Source: Nanobdellota archaeon (GTDB taxonomy: Archaea; Nanobdellota; Nanobdellia; Woesearchaeales; JAHIVG01). From it: a stretch of DNA of 64,000 nt. The number at the start of each line of letters is the position of its first letter. The first letter of the stretch is position 1. The stretch is taken from the NCBI GenBank assembly GCA_043806015.1, contig JAZDHH010000015.1, forward strand, positions 13,796-77,795, read 5' to 3'. A program made the translations under genes and the position numbers. Below, one piece after another: positions 8,924 through 18,513 of this stretch. Under the pieces are notes generated by a model. The model did no database searches. It saw only the letters and a list, made by a program, of their open reading frames with translations, and had not been told where the DNA came from.

Positions 8924-9555
8924 TCCGCGCAATCTATTTCGACGGGTTCAAGACGCTGTTCAGATGGAAGAAGCCTGATCCCGAAGACATGATCCTCGAG
9001 CATTTCCGGCTGTCGTTGTCCTACACTGAGGTCCAACAGAGGGTCATGACAGTCCATTGCGATGCTTTTGGCCACGACATCGAGCGGTTCGAACTGAGAG
9101 CTGCACAAAACCTAGGATTGGATGGCTCGCAGAGGCAAGAGCTCAGCAGGCTGCTTCATGAAGCAGGCAGGAGGGCCGCGCTTGAGGGAGACGCGCAGCA
9201 CGTCATCGAGGAGCTGAAGGGCCGCGGCTATCGCCTCGGCCTCATCACCGACATCTGGCCGCACCCTATCGCAGATGGCATCATCCCCACATCGTTCATC
9301 CGCTTGTTTGACGTCTTCTCGCCGTCATATGCCGTAGGGAAAGTGAAGCCTGATCCGGAGCGTTTCCTGGCCGCGCTCCACGGAGTGAATCCGCACGAGG
9401 CGGCGATGATAGGGGACTCCATTGAGATGGACATCATGCCCGCAAAAAGCCTGGGCATGACCACCGTGCTCTTCGACCCCAGGCATGAGCATCGGAATCC
9501 GCCAGCGGATTACCAGGTCCCCTCGCTTGCCGACGTGCTGAAGATATTTCCATAA
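8920..9555 (+). CDS. HAD-superfamily hydrolase
   Basis: N-terminal IYFDGFKTLF motif I-like sequence and a C-terminal GDS…D motif. The start overlaps the HIT gene stop. Confidence 0.7.
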   Translation: MIRAIYFDGFKTLFRWKKPDPEDMILEHFRLSLSYTEVQQRVMTVHCDAFGHDIERFELRAAQNLGLDGSQRQELSRLLHEAGRRAALEGDAQHVIEELKGRGYRLGLITDIWPHPIADGIIPTSFIRLFDVFSPSYAVGKVKPDPERFLAALHGVNPHEAAMIGDSIEMDIMPAKSLGMTTVLFDPRHEHRNPPADYQVPSLADVLKIFP

Positions 9556-9588
9556 CGTTTAAAAAGATGGGGGAATGCCTTCCCCTTA

Positions 9589-9765
9589 TTGCGGGGGTGG
9601 CCTAGACGACAGCTTTTTACCCTCTCGGGTAAAAACCGGGGAAATACCGGCTGGCCTCTTCGTGTTTCCCAAATTCACTTGGGCAATGGGGGTTTCGGCT
9701 CTGCCTCAAGCCCCCAAAATCTTTATAAGCCAACAAAAAACAAGCATTCATATGCGGGGGTGGCC
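9589..9765 (+). repeat. 13-bp direct repeats (TGCGGGGGTGGCC at 9589-9601 and 9753-9765) flanking copy A of a conserved structured ~110-nt element (core 9610-9715)
   Basis: Exact 13-mer duplication of the 5' end of the tRNA-Cys gene. The enclosed element shares two covarying hairpins with the element at 49676-49785. Confidence 0.6.
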
Positions 9766-9826
9766 AAGCGGCTAAGGCGGCCGCCTGCAGAGCGGCTATT
9801 CGGGGGTTCGAATCCCTCCCCCCGCT
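9754..9826 (+). tRNA. tRNA-Cys (anticodon GCA)
   Basis: Manual cloverleaf: acceptor GCGGGGG/CCCCCGC, D stem GCC/GGC, anticodon stem GCCGC/GCGGC, loop CTGCAGA, T arm GGGGG-TTCGAAT-CCCTC. A T-rich tract follows. Confidence 0.85.
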
Positions 9827-9833
9827 CTTCTTA

Positions 9834-10403
9834 TTAAGAAACAGACTTGCACTTGGCCAGCAGGCTCTTGACTCTAGCGACCGGGAAGCCGATCACGTTT
9901 TCCTTGGATCCTCTGATGCCCGCGATAAGGTCCGCACCGCGGCCTTGGATGGCGAAGGCTCCGGCCTTGTCCAAGGGCTCTCCGGTGACGACATAATCTT
10001 GGATTGTTGCGTTGCTCAATCGCTTGAACCTGACCTCGGTCACTTCAGCTGCCTTCATCACGCGCTTGGTCTCACAATTGATCAGCGCGATGCCGGAGAT
10101 GACATGGACAGTCCTTCCGGAGAGGGATTCCAGCATGGCGACCGCCTGCGCTTTCGTCTTCGGCTTACCAAGTTTATTCTTCCCAAGGACCACGAACGTG
10201 TCCACGCCGATGACTACGCCTTCTCGTTTTGTGCGGGCCACGGCCTTTGCCTTGCCGACAGCCAGATGCATAGCGAGCGCTCTTGGCGGCAGTGGCAGCG
10301 TGAGATCCTCGCTGAAATCACCCGGCTCGACAGAAAAGGGGAGATTAAGCTTCTTTGCAAGAGCTATCCTGCGCGGAGAACCAGAAGCAAGAATGATCTT
10401 CAT
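9834..10403 (-). CDS. maf: Maf-like nucleoside triphosphate pyrophosphatase
   Basis: MKIILASGSPRRIALAKKLNL… matches the Maf N-terminus. The start overlaps the upstream gene's stop (ATGA). Confidence 0.8.
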   Translation of the reverse strand: MKIILASGSPRRIALAKKLNLPFSVEPGDFSEDLTLPLPPRALAMHLAVGKAKAVARTKREGVVIGVDTFVVLGKNKLGKPKTKAQAVAMLESLSGRTVHVISGIALINCETKRVMKAAEVTEVRFKRLSNATIQDYVVTGEPLDKAGAFAIQGRGADLIAGIRGSKENVIGFPVARVKSLLAKCKSVS

Positions 10404-11176
10404 GCCGGCTCGCAATAGAACCGCTCGAAGGCGGCGAGCTGCTTCAGGTTGCCCTGGAAGGTGAAGGTGATGTCGCTGTCCCGCGCTGCCTCGGCCTCGA
10501 GGGGGGTCCACATGACCATGCTGCTCGCTCCCCGCACACAGAGGAGGGCATAGATATCTCGGCAGCTGAGTATCCTCTCGCAGGTGATGGCCGACCATTC
10601 CGCATATGTCTCCGGATGAAGAGACATGAGCCGGGTGTCGTTCCGCTTGGTCATGATTTCAACATGGAAGGCCTCTGAGGTTATCGGCACGTTGATGCGC
10701 AGGTTGAGCGTCGGGAACTCCCTGACCCTGGCGACGTATTTGCTCCGGATGATCCAGAAAGGATCCAAATACGCGGATTTATACCGGACGCTGTCAACGA
10801 TGTACAGGCTCTGGTTGTCGGCGAGGTATCTCACGTGGTAGTCGAACGCGCCGTTGAGCTCAGGCAGCTGCTCGGCATAGGCCTCGAGGATGTCATCCCG
10901 ATACCAGCCGGAGAAGTTGTGGTAAAGCATGGCCGGCGGGGTGATGTCCTCTTCGGGCTGCACCTGAGGCAGGGGGAAGATGTCGATGATGGTGGCAGGC
11001 TCGGAGGGCTGTCCTGAAGGCGTCAGGTTCGTCGCGTTGCCCGGCTGCGGAGGCGTCAGGTTCGTCAGATCGTTCACGGGAAGCGGTGCCTTCGGCCGCA
11101 GGAAGAAATAATAGCCCGCGCCAGCGGCAAGCAGCAATACTGCTGAGGCGATAATAATGAGCATCAGCTTTTTCAT
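10400..11176 (-). CDS. secreted or membrane-anchored hypothetical protein with N-glycosylation sequons
   Basis: N-terminal signal/TM segment and NLT/NAT/NLT sequons. Translationally coupled to maf. Confidence 0.5.
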   Translation of the reverse strand: MKKLMLIIIASAVLLLAAGAGYYFFLRPKAPLPVNDLTNLTPPQPGNATNLTPSGQPSEPATIIDIFPLPQVQPEEDITPPAMLYHNFSGWYRDDILEAYAEQLPELNGAFDYHVRYLADNQSLYIVDSVRYKSAYLDPFWIIRSKYVARVREFPTLNLRINVPITSEAFHVEIMTKRNDTRLMSLHPETYAEWSAITCERILSCRDIYALLCVRGASSMVMWTPLEAEAARDSDITFTFQGNLKQLAAFERFYCEPA

Positions 11177-11254
11177 GAAGCGAGAATGCGGTTTTTTTCT
11201 TTATAAATCTATCTGAACCAAACATTTTTATACCTTCCCTGAGCACTAGGAAGC

Positions 11255-11983
11255 ATGGGGGCCCGCATCCTGGTCGATGAGCAAGGAAGGCAGTTCTACG
11301 TGAAAAACCCGAAGGAGGACTTCCATACCCAGTACGGCTACGTGAGCGCCGAGGACCTGAAAAAGCAGGCCGGGGCGGACGTGAGCACCAACACCGGCAA
11401 GGGGTTCACCCTGCTCAAGGCCTCCTTCATCGACGGCTACATGAAGATAGCGCGCGCCCCCCAGATCATCCCTCGCAAGGACATCGCGCTCATCATCGCA
11501 GAGACCGGCGTCGGCAAGGACAGCATCGTGGTCGATGCGGGCACAGGCTCAGGCGCGCTGGCAATCTCGCTCAGCCGCATCGCGAAACAAGTCGTGAGCT
11601 ACGAGCTCCGCGAGGACTTCGCCAAGGTGGCGGAGAAGAACAAGGCATTCCTGGCCGTGGACAACCTGACCATCAAGCAGAAGGACGTCTACGGAGGCAT
11701 CGACGAGAAAGGCGTCGACCTCATCACCCTCGACCTCCCCGAGCCCTGGAAAGCGCTCCCGGCGGCGGCCGAAAGCCTCGCTGTCGGCGGCTTCCTCGTC
11801 TCCTTTTCCCCGACCATCCCGCAAGTCATGGACTTCGTCAAGGCATTGGCGCCGCATTTCGTGCATCTCAAGACTTCCGAGCTCATCGAACGCGACTGGG
11901 ATGTCGCGGAGCGGAAGGTGCGGCCGAGGAGCATGACCATCGGCCACAGCGGATTCCTGACATTCGCAAGAAGACTGAGGTGA
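11255..11983 (+). CDS. trmI: tRNA (adenine57/58-N1)-methyltransferase TrmI (Gcd14 family)
   Basis: SAM-MTase motif VVDAGTGSGALAISL and TrmI-like N-terminal domain. TATA-like elements at 11207-11245 in the divergent promoter region. Confidence 0.85.
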   Translation: MGARILVDEQGRQFYVKNPKEDFHTQYGYVSAEDLKKQAGADVSTNTGKGFTLLKASFIDGYMKIARAPQIIPRKDIALIIAETGVGKDSIVVDAGTGSGALAISLSRIAKQVVSYELREDFAKVAEKNKAFLAVDNLTIKQKDVYGGIDEKGVDLITLDLPEPWKALPAAAESLAVGGFLVSFSPTIPQVMDFVKALAPHFVHLKTSELIERDWDVAERKVRPRSMTIGHSGFLTFARRLR

Positions 11984-12216
11984 GGCACATGCAGGCATAC
12001 GTGTTGGTGGCGCTGGAGAGCGCGACAGAACAGCAGGTCGTCAAGAAGCTGGAAAAGCTGAAGGAGATCAAGGAGCTGCACATCCTGTTCGGCGAGTGGG
12101 ACCTCATCGCCGAGGTCGATGTGACCAGTTCTGAGCACCTGGGCGATTTCGTGATGCAGTACATCCGGTCTTTGCCCGAGGTCAAGCTCACCAGCACCAT
12201 GATCGTCGCCAAGTAG
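11980..12216 (+). CDS. stand-alone AsnC/Lrp-type RAM (ligand-binding) domain protein
   Basis: 78-aa βαββαβ-type sequence (…YVLVALESATEQQVVKKLEKLKEIKELHILFGEWDLIAEV…). Confidence 0.65.
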   Translation: MRHMQAYVLVALESATEQQVVKKLEKLKEIKELHILFGEWDLIAEVDVTSSEHLGDFVMQYIRSLPEVKLTSTMIVAK

Positions 12217-12780
12217 ATGCTCAAGCGAGAGCTCCGCGTCCTCGGCATAGACGACACGCCTTTCGACAAGCATCGCGACAAGACAGCGACGCTCATCGGC
12301 ATCGTCTACCGGGGCGGCTCCTTCCCTGATGGACTGCTCTCCGCCACCGTCCGAGTCGACGGGACAGACGGGACGGCGGTCATCGCGCGGATGGTCAACC
12401 AGAGCAAGTTCAAGGAGCAGCTCCGCGCCATCCTCCTGAAAGGCATCGCTGTCGCGGGCTTCAACCTCATCGACATCAGGGCGCTCTCCCGGAGGACAAG
12501 GCTGCCGGCCATCGTGGTGATGAGACATATCCCGAAGAGCGATGAGATGGCCTCTGCCCTCAATAAGCTCGGCCTTTCATCTCAGGCCGCCATCCTAAAC
12601 CGGGTCCCGAAGATCCATCGCGCCGGGAAGCTGCTGTTCCAATGCGCGGGATGCTCGCAGCAGCATGCCGCCGAGGTCATCGCGCTCACGACCACGCACG
12701 GCAACCTGCCGGAACCGCTGCGCGTCGCACACCTCATCGCCAGCGGCATCACGCTGGGCGAGAGCAGGGGGAAGGCCTAG
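12217..12780 (+). CDS. DUF99/UPF0215 family protein
   Basis: N-terminal …LRVLGIDDTPF… is characteristic of archaeal DUF99 proteins. Confidence 0.55.
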   Translation: MLKRELRVLGIDDTPFDKHRDKTATLIGIVYRGGSFPDGLLSATVRVDGTDGTAVIARMVNQSKFKEQLRAILLKGIAVAGFNLIDIRALSRRTRLPAIVVMRHIPKSDEMASALNKLGLSSQAAILNRVPKIHRAGKLLFQCAGCSQQHAAEVIALTTTHGNLPEPLRVAHLIASGITLGESRGKA

Positions 12781-12941
12781 CGCTTCTGTGGTTCCCGAAA
12801 AATTCTTTTTCATTACGTCCTTCTAGAAAGGAATTTTTCTTTCGAAGAGCAGTTTATTCACCCCCGCAGATTCTTTTTCCGGATTTCTCTCCGACAATGA
12901 TAAGAAGAATCGATACAGCGGACTTCTTTGAGGTGATAGTG

Positions 12942-14261
12942 ATGAAATGGATCGTCATGTTCCAATTCATGTTTTTGTTATCATCAATAGCCGTAGCCAC
13001 CGACCACGTCGTCATCAGCGAAGTGTTGTTCTGGGCGAACGGCACGGACACCGGCGGCGAGTTCGTGGAGCTCTACAACCCGACCGAGCAGGACGTCGAC
13101 ATCTCGGGGTGGACGCTCGCGACCGAGAGCTCTGAGACCGATGCGACCATACCGGAGAATATCACCCTTCTCGCGCACCATTTCTACCTCATAGCCGACG
13201 CGGGCTGGGACAGCCTCAAGGACAACCCTGACTGGCCGAGCGCGGACCATGAGGAGACCATCACGCTGTCCAATGCCGATTCAGGGATCGCCCTCGTCTC
13301 GCAAAGCGATATCGTCGACGCTGCAGGTTGGGGAGACCCGAGTGGAATAGAAGAAGGCAAGTATGAGGGCGCTCCCTTCCCCGAGATGGCCAAAGCCTGG
13401 AGCCTTGAACGGAAGCCCGGCATCGAGGATCCTGAAGGGGGGAATGGCATCGACACGGACGAGAATTCCGCAGACTTCCTCCTGCGCATCCCTGAGCCGC
13501 AGGGCTCTGGAAGCGAAGAGACCCCTTTTGCGCCGGACACGGTCAACAACTTCAGCATCCAGTTCACTGTCAGCGGAAATGGCGTGGACATAATCTCCTT
13601 CAGCATTGAAGATGATGGCGCGGGGGAAGGAATCCAAGCGATGCCCTTCCCGGGCGAAAGCCGCAACCTGAGTATCAACGCGACCGTGCTCCATGCCGAG
13701 AACGTCACGGTAAGCTTCCTCAACACCACGGTCTTGCTCACCCCCCTCAACGAGACCCACTGGAGAGGGAAGGTTGCCCTCCCGTTCTTCTCTGCGCCGG
13801 GCAACCATTCTCTCTCCATATCCGCCCAGGGCGCTGAAGGGAATGACACGAACCAGACCCGGATCGATGTCCTTGAGGTCGCCGCCCTTGGCCTCGATAG
13901 CGCGGGCATGACCTTCGCAGCCTCCCCGGGTGAGAGCTTCACCGCCTGGGGAGACGATGACATCACCACCGATGACCGGCCGACTGTCCGCAACATCGGC
14001 AACGTGCCGCTCGACCTAAAGGCCAAAGGAACGAGCTTCAGCAACGGCGAGGCAGTGCTTCCGCCCGAGATATCCGGCTTCAACCTGAACATGAGCCAAA
14101 GCTTCACGCCGCTCTCCGAAAGCTGGGCAACGGTCGAGCTGGGCATGGCCTTCGGTGACATGCTGACCGCTCCCTTGAGCGTCAGGCTTGATCTTCCCGC
14201 TGACGCGGAAGGAGGCACTTACATCGGCAGCATGCTGCTCTCCGGCGTCAAGGCAGAATGA
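12942..14261 (+). CDS. secreted lamin-tail-domain (LTD) surface protein
   Basis: Signal peptide MKWIVMFQFMFLLSSIAVA. LTD signature VVISEV…GEFVELYNPT…DISGW. Multiple N-x-S/T sequons. GAGGTGA RBS before ATG 12942. Confidence 0.65.
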   Translation: MKWIVMFQFMFLLSSIAVATDHVVISEVLFWANGTDTGGEFVELYNPTEQDVDISGWTLATESSETDATIPENITLLAHHFYLIADAGWDSLKDNPDWPSADHEETITLSNADSGIALVSQSDIVDAAGWGDPSGIEEGKYEGAPFPEMAKAWSLERKPGIEDPEGGNGIDTDENSADFLLRIPEPQGSGSEETPFAPDTVNNFSIQFTVSGNGVDIISFSIEDDGAGEGIQAMPFPGESRNLSINATVLHAENVTVSFLNTTVLLTPLNETHWRGKVALPFFSAPGNHSLSISAQGAEGNDTNQTRIDVLEVAALGLDSAGMTFAASPGESFTAWGDDDITTDDRPTVRNIGNVPLDLKAKGTSFSNGEAVLPPEISGFNLNMSQSFTPLSESWATVELGMAFGDMLTAPLSVRLDLPADAEGGTYIGSMLLSGVKAE

Positions 14262-14827
14262 GACTGCTGCTCATCCTGATCTTCCTTCCTGTGGCGGACG
14301 CCCTGACCCTTGGCGTCTCGCCGCCGGAGATACGGCTCGGCGAGGTGGAGCCAGGGAAAAACGTGCCCATATCTGTCATTGCCTTCAATCCCGAGCCAGA
14401 GGCGCAAAGCTTTGTGGTCGAAGGGCTTTCAGCAAAGAAAACCGTGCGCGTCAAGGCCAGAGGCAAGGCGGTCGTTGACGGGATGATTGAAGCGCCGGAA
14501 GAGCCGGGAAACCACACGCTGCTCATCACCTTTTCCCCCAAGACCAAAGAACCTGGAATGGCGCCAGGCATCTCGGTGAAGGTCACACTGATGGTGAAAG
14601 GAAAGCCGCCGGAAGTAAGGCTACCTGGACTTCAGCCCGCAGGGCAGAGCATCACCGCCTCGGCAGTTTCTGAGGCTCCCGAAGGGACAGGAAAGCCCAA
14701 CGGCCTAGTCGGCGGAGCGATCATCGGCGGCATCGTCGGGCCTGGGCTGTTCTTCTATCGCATGGTCAGGCGACGGAAGTGGAGGAAGCCCAATCACAAG
14801 AGAAAAAGGGGAGATGATCAGGTATAA
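14258..14827 (+). CDS. secreted protein with C-terminal TM anchor and basic tail
   Basis: Signal peptide, Gly-rich C-terminal TM segment followed by RRRKWRKPNHKRKR. ATGA overlap with the LTD gene. Confidence 0.5.
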   Translation: MRLLLILIFLPVADALTLGVSPPEIRLGEVEPGKNVPISVIAFNPEPEAQSFVVEGLSAKKTVRVKARGKAVVDGMIEAPEEPGNHTLLITFSPKTKEPGMAPGISVKVTLMVKGKPPEVRLPGLQPAGQSITASAVSEAPEGTGKPNGLVGGAIIGGIVGPGLFFYRMVRRRKWRKPNHKRKRGDDQV

Positions 14828-16560
14828 TACAGTTTCCCGCTATCTTTCTGCTCGCGGTCCTTCTGGCTGCCTTCCTTGTTTATGCGCGGCCTCTTGCTGT
14901 CCGGGTCGCGGCGTAGCGTGATGCCCAGGCCGGCAAGGAAGCGATTCATGCCATCCTCCATGGAGAAGGGGCCTTCAAGAAGACCATGGGCAGCGGGCTT
15001 GCCGGAGAACACGACGAGGCGCTCGGCCATGGACTCGATGAACAGCAGGTCATGGTCGACGACCAGCGCGGAGGCGCCGCTGTGCAGCAGGCGCTCATGG
15101 ATGATCCTCGCCAAGGAGAGGCGCTGCTCGACATCGAGATAAGCGGATGGCTCGTCAAGGAGGAAGAGCTCGGCGTCCTCGGCAAGACAGCGGGCGATGG
15201 CCACACGCTGCAGCTCCCCGCCGGAGAGCTCGGAAAGCTTCTTGGTGAGCAGCTCCTTGAGGCTCAGCGACCGCATGAGCAGCACCTCGAACTTGTCGAT
15301 CGCCTTCTTCAGCACGGTCGCCACGAGCTCGTCGCCTGCCTGCAGGTACTGGGCCTTGTAGGACACCCGGACAGCGCCGGCGATGTCATGGCCCTTGACC
15401 TCTCCCGTCAGGATGCGGGCGAAGCTGGTCTTGCCGATGCCGTTCTCGCCCAGGATGCCGACTGTGGCATGGCGCTCGATCATGCCTTCCTCGGCCTCGA
15501 GCTCGAACCTGCCGAAGCTCTGCTTGAGCCTTGGCCAGGCCACGAGCGGCTGCCGCGCCTTGATCTTCATGGGCGGCTTTTCCTGGAACTTGATCTCATA
15601 CTCCCGGAAGCGCATGTTCTCCTCGCGGAGGTAGCCGGAGAGGTAGACATTGATGCCGGCCCGGCTCGGCTTGGGCAAAGAGACAATGCCATAAGCGCCC
15701 TCCTTGCCGTACATGATGTGCACCAGGTCAGCCATGAAGTCGAGGGCGATGAGGTCGTGCTCGATCACCATGACCGCGGTCTGCTCGTTGCAGAGCGAGC
15801 GGATGAAGGCGCCGAGCTTGATGCGCTGCTTGATGTCCAGGTAGCTGGTCGGCTCGTCGAAAAGGAGAAGATTCGCGTCTTTCATTGCTGTAGCGGCAAT
15901 GGCGACGCGCTGCAGCTCGCCGCCGGACACCTTGGCGATGTCCGTGTCAAGGACGTCCCTGAGCTCCAGCTTGTCCACCATCTCGGCTAGGACGCCGCGC
16001 TCATCAACTTTCTTGAGGAGATCGCCGACCGTGCCTGAAAAAAGCTTCGGGATCTGGTCTATCTGCTGCGGCTTGTAGGAGATCTTGATCTTGCCCTGCG
16101 CTATGGCCTCGAAGAAGTTCTGGGCCTCGCTGCCCTTGAAGAACGTGATGAGGTCCTGGACCGAGGTTTCCTTGTCCTGGCCCATGTTCGGCTTGAGGAC
16201 CCCGGCGAGGATCTTGATGGCCGTGGACTTGCCGATCGCGTTCTTGCCGATGACGCCGACGACCTTGCCGAATATAGGCGTGGGCAGGCTGTACAGATGG
16301 AAGCCGTTCTCGCCGTACTGATGGATGATCTTCTCGTCCAGCTCGTCCGGCAGGTTGATGATATGGATGGCGCTGAAAGGGCAGCGCTTGGGGCAGATCC
16401 CGCAGCCGGAGCACAGCGCCGCGTCTATCGCTGCTTTGCCAATCTGCTGCGTGATGCACTCCTGGCCCGCACGGTTGACCGGACAGAGCCTCATGCAGAG
16501 GAAATTGCCGCAGCCCAGGGGGTTGCATTTCTCTCTTTCCACGATGGCGATGCGTGACAT
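14818..16560 (-). CDS. abcE1: ABCE1/RLI ribosome-recycling ATPase (two ABC domains, N-terminal 4Fe-4S ferredoxin domain)
   Basis: N-terminal Cys clusters (CNPLGCGNFLC…CPVNRAG, CSGCGICPKRC), two Walker A/ABC signature regions, 580 aa. Confidence 0.95.
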   Translation of the reverse strand: MSRIAIVEREKCNPLGCGNFLCMRLCPVNRAGQECITQQIGKAAIDAALCSGCGICPKRCPFSAIHIINLPDELDEKIIHQYGENGFHLYSLPTPIFGKVVGVIGKNAIGKSTAIKILAGVLKPNMGQDKETSVQDLITFFKGSEAQNFFEAIAQGKIKISYKPQQIDQIPKLFSGTVGDLLKKVDERGVLAEMVDKLELRDVLDTDIAKVSGGELQRVAIAATAMKDANLLLFDEPTSYLDIKQRIKLGAFIRSLCNEQTAVMVIEHDLIALDFMADLVHIMYGKEGAYGIVSLPKPSRAGINVYLSGYLREENMRFREYEIKFQEKPPMKIKARQPLVAWPRLKQSFGRFELEAEEGMIERHATVGILGENGIGKTSFARILTGEVKGHDIAGAVRVSYKAQYLQAGDELVATVLKKAIDKFEVLLMRSLSLKELLTKKLSELSGGELQRVAIARCLAEDAELFLLDEPSAYLDVEQRLSLARIIHERLLHSGASALVVDHDLLFIESMAERLVVFSGKPAAHGLLEGPFSMEDGMNRFLAGLGITLRRDPDSKRPRINKEGSQKDREQKDSGKLYYT

Positions 16561-16592
16561 GTGGGGAGGGAAAACGCCTGGCTTTTTAATGC

Positions 16593-17108
16593 TTACGAGC
16601 CGACATCAGCCAGGAAATACAGGAAGATGTTCATGACGATGAAGAGCGAGATGATCACCCAGTTCGAGGTGAACCTGCTCCCCAGGCCGATGCCGAAGAC
16701 AAAAGCGATGGCCAACAGGCCGACGAGCTTGTTCTCAAGGCTACGGCTGTAGAAATAGAAGGCCAGCACCAGGCCTATGATGACCGCCCCATAGGTCATG
16801 AAGGCGCTGCCCATCACGGCGCGGGAGAAGAAGAAGCCGAGGCAGGTGACGATCACCACCAGGAAGCCGAACCAGTCCTGGGTGAAGGTAAACTTGCTGA
16901 ACACCTTGTAATGGATGACCCGGGAGATGCTCGGCCCCATCTCCAGCTTCGAGAAGAACCACGTGAAGAGCCAGAACAGGACGAATATGAGGATGAGGTA
17001 GGCGCCGAGGCCGAGGTGCGTCTTGCCCTGCCACCAGGAGAAGAACTTCAGGATGAAGAACAGCTGCACGAGCAGGAAGATGAACTTGCGCCAGGGAACG
17101 CCTGCCAT
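16593..17108 (-). CDS. hypothetical integral membrane protein
   Basis: Several predicted TM helices. No recognised family. Confidence 0.5.
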   Translation of the reverse strand: MAGVPWRKFIFLLVQLFFILKFFSWWQGKTHLGLGAYLILIFVLFWLFTWFFSKLEMGPSISRVIHYKVFSKFTFTQDWFGFLVVIVTCLGFFFSRAVMGSAFMTYGAVIIGLVLAFYFYSRSLENKLVGLLAIAFVFGIGLGSRFTSNWVIISLFIVMNIFLYFLADVGS

Positions 17109-17205
17109 AGCGAGTTTATCAATAGCTGAGTTTAAAAACCTTGCTGCTCCGCTGGAAAAAACCCCGGCTTATAATCGCTGACCATACCGGAGATATTCAC
17201 CCGGG

Positions 17206-18513
17206 TCATACATTCTCGAAATACCTTGCCCGTTCCCAGTCAGTGACCTGCATCCGGTAGTCGTCCCATTCCGCGAGCTTCGCCTGGACATACTTGTCAT
17301 GCGTTTCCTCGCCGAAAAGGTCCTTCATCAGCTTGCTTTTTTTGAAAGCCATCACCGCGTCGTACAGGGATGCGGGCAGCGTGTCGATTCCCCGCGCCTC
17401 AAGTTCTTCGGCAGTGAAGCGGTAGACATCCTCGTTCACGGGCTCCGGCGGCTCAAGGCCTTGCCGGATGCCCTCGAGGCCCGCCTTGAGCATGACCGCG
17501 AAGGCGAGATAGGGATTGCAGCTCGGGTCTGGGCACCGCAGCTCTGCCCTTGCCGCATGCGTCCTGCCGGGGAAGATGCGGGGGATGCGGATGAGCGCGG
17601 AACGGTTGACCTGGGCCCAGCAGATGTAGCATGCCGCCTCATAGCCGGGAAGGAGACGCTTATAGGAGTTGACCGTCGGGCAGAGGATGGCGATCATGTC
17701 CTTGATGAATGCCATCTGGCCGGCGATGAAGTGATAGGCCATCGGGGACAGGCGATAGCGGTCGTGCTCATCAAAAAAGAGGTTGTTTCCCCTGGAGTCA
17801 AAGATGCTCTGGTGGACATGCATCCCGGATCCATTCTGACCGAAGACCGGCTTCGGCATGAAGGAGGCATAGAGGCCGTGCTGCTGGGAAATGGACTTGA
17901 TGCAATACTTGAAGGTGATGGCGTTGTCGGCAGTGCGCAGGGCGCTGTCATATTTGAAATCGATTTCGTGCTGGCCATGCGCAACCTCATGATGTTCCGC
18001 CTCGACATCCAGGCCGAGCCCCTGCAAGGCCATCACCGCATCTTTCCGCACCGTGTTCGCAATGTCCTTGGGCGAATAGTCAAAATAGCCCCCGACATCG
18101 TTGGGAACCGGTGAATGGATGCCATCCCGCTGGAAGAGAAAGAACTCGAGCTCAGGCCCGGTGTTAAAGATGAAGCCCTGCTTTTTTGCCTCTTGGAGCA
18201 TCTTCTTTAGGATAAAGCGCGGGTCCCCGGCAAATGGGTTCCCGTCGGGAGTGAAGACGTCGCAAAAGACCCTGCCAACCCTGCGTTCTGGTGATGTCCA
18301 CGGAAGCTCCGCGAGCGTTTCCTTCTCCGGAACAAGATACATGTCGCTCTCGTGGATGCGCGCGAAACCCTCGATGGACGAGCCGTCAAACCAGACGCCA
18401 TTCTGGAAAGCGCGCTCGGCCTGCTCCACCGGGATGGACACGCTTTTTATCCTCCCGAAGAAGTCTGTGAATTGCAGTTCGACGAACTTCATGGTTTCAA
18501 TAAGAGATTGCAT
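17206..18513 (-). CDS. glnA: glutamine synthetase type I
   Basis: Full-length GS-I sequence with conserved catalytic regions, 435 aa. Confidence 0.95.
   Translation of the reverse strand: MQSLIETMKFVELQFTDFFGRIKSVSIPVEQAERAFQNGVWFDGSSIEGFARIHESDMYLVPEKETLAELPWTSPERRVGRVFCDVFTPDGNPFAGDPRFILKKMLQEAKKQGFIFNTGPELEFFLFQRDGIHSPVPNDVGGYFDYSPKDIANTVRKDAVMALQGLGLDVEAEHHEVAHGQHEIDFKYDSALRTADNAITFKYCIKSISQQHGLYASFMPKPVFGQNGSGMHVHQSIFDSRGNNLFFDEHDRYRLSPMAYHFIAGQMAFIKDMIAILCPTVNSYKRLLPGYEAACYICWAQVNRSALIRIPRIFPGRTHAARAELRCPDPSCNPYLAFAVMLKAGLEGIRQGLEPPEPVNEDVYRFTAEELEARGIDTLPASLYDAVMAFKKSKLMKDLFGEETHDKYVQAKLAEWDDYRMQVTDWERARYFENV

Noticed and set aside
9589-9612. 5' half of a split (trans-spliced) tRNA gene
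   Set aside because: The fragment (23 nt) is too short to reach the anticodon, and an intact tRNA-Cys with the same 5' sequence follows. Better explained as a direct-repeat or target duplication.
14700-14827. PGF-CTERM archaeosortase sorting signal on the surface protein
   Set aside because: The PGLF lies at the cytoplasmic end of the hydrophobic segment rather than preceding it, so the pattern is a plain C-terminal TM anchor with a basic tail.
14986-15990. 334-aa plus-strand ORF inside the ABCE1 region
   Set aside because: It is antisense to a confidently identified ABCE1 gene, has low-complexity D/E/L/G-rich translation typical of GC-rich antisense frames, and no homology signal.
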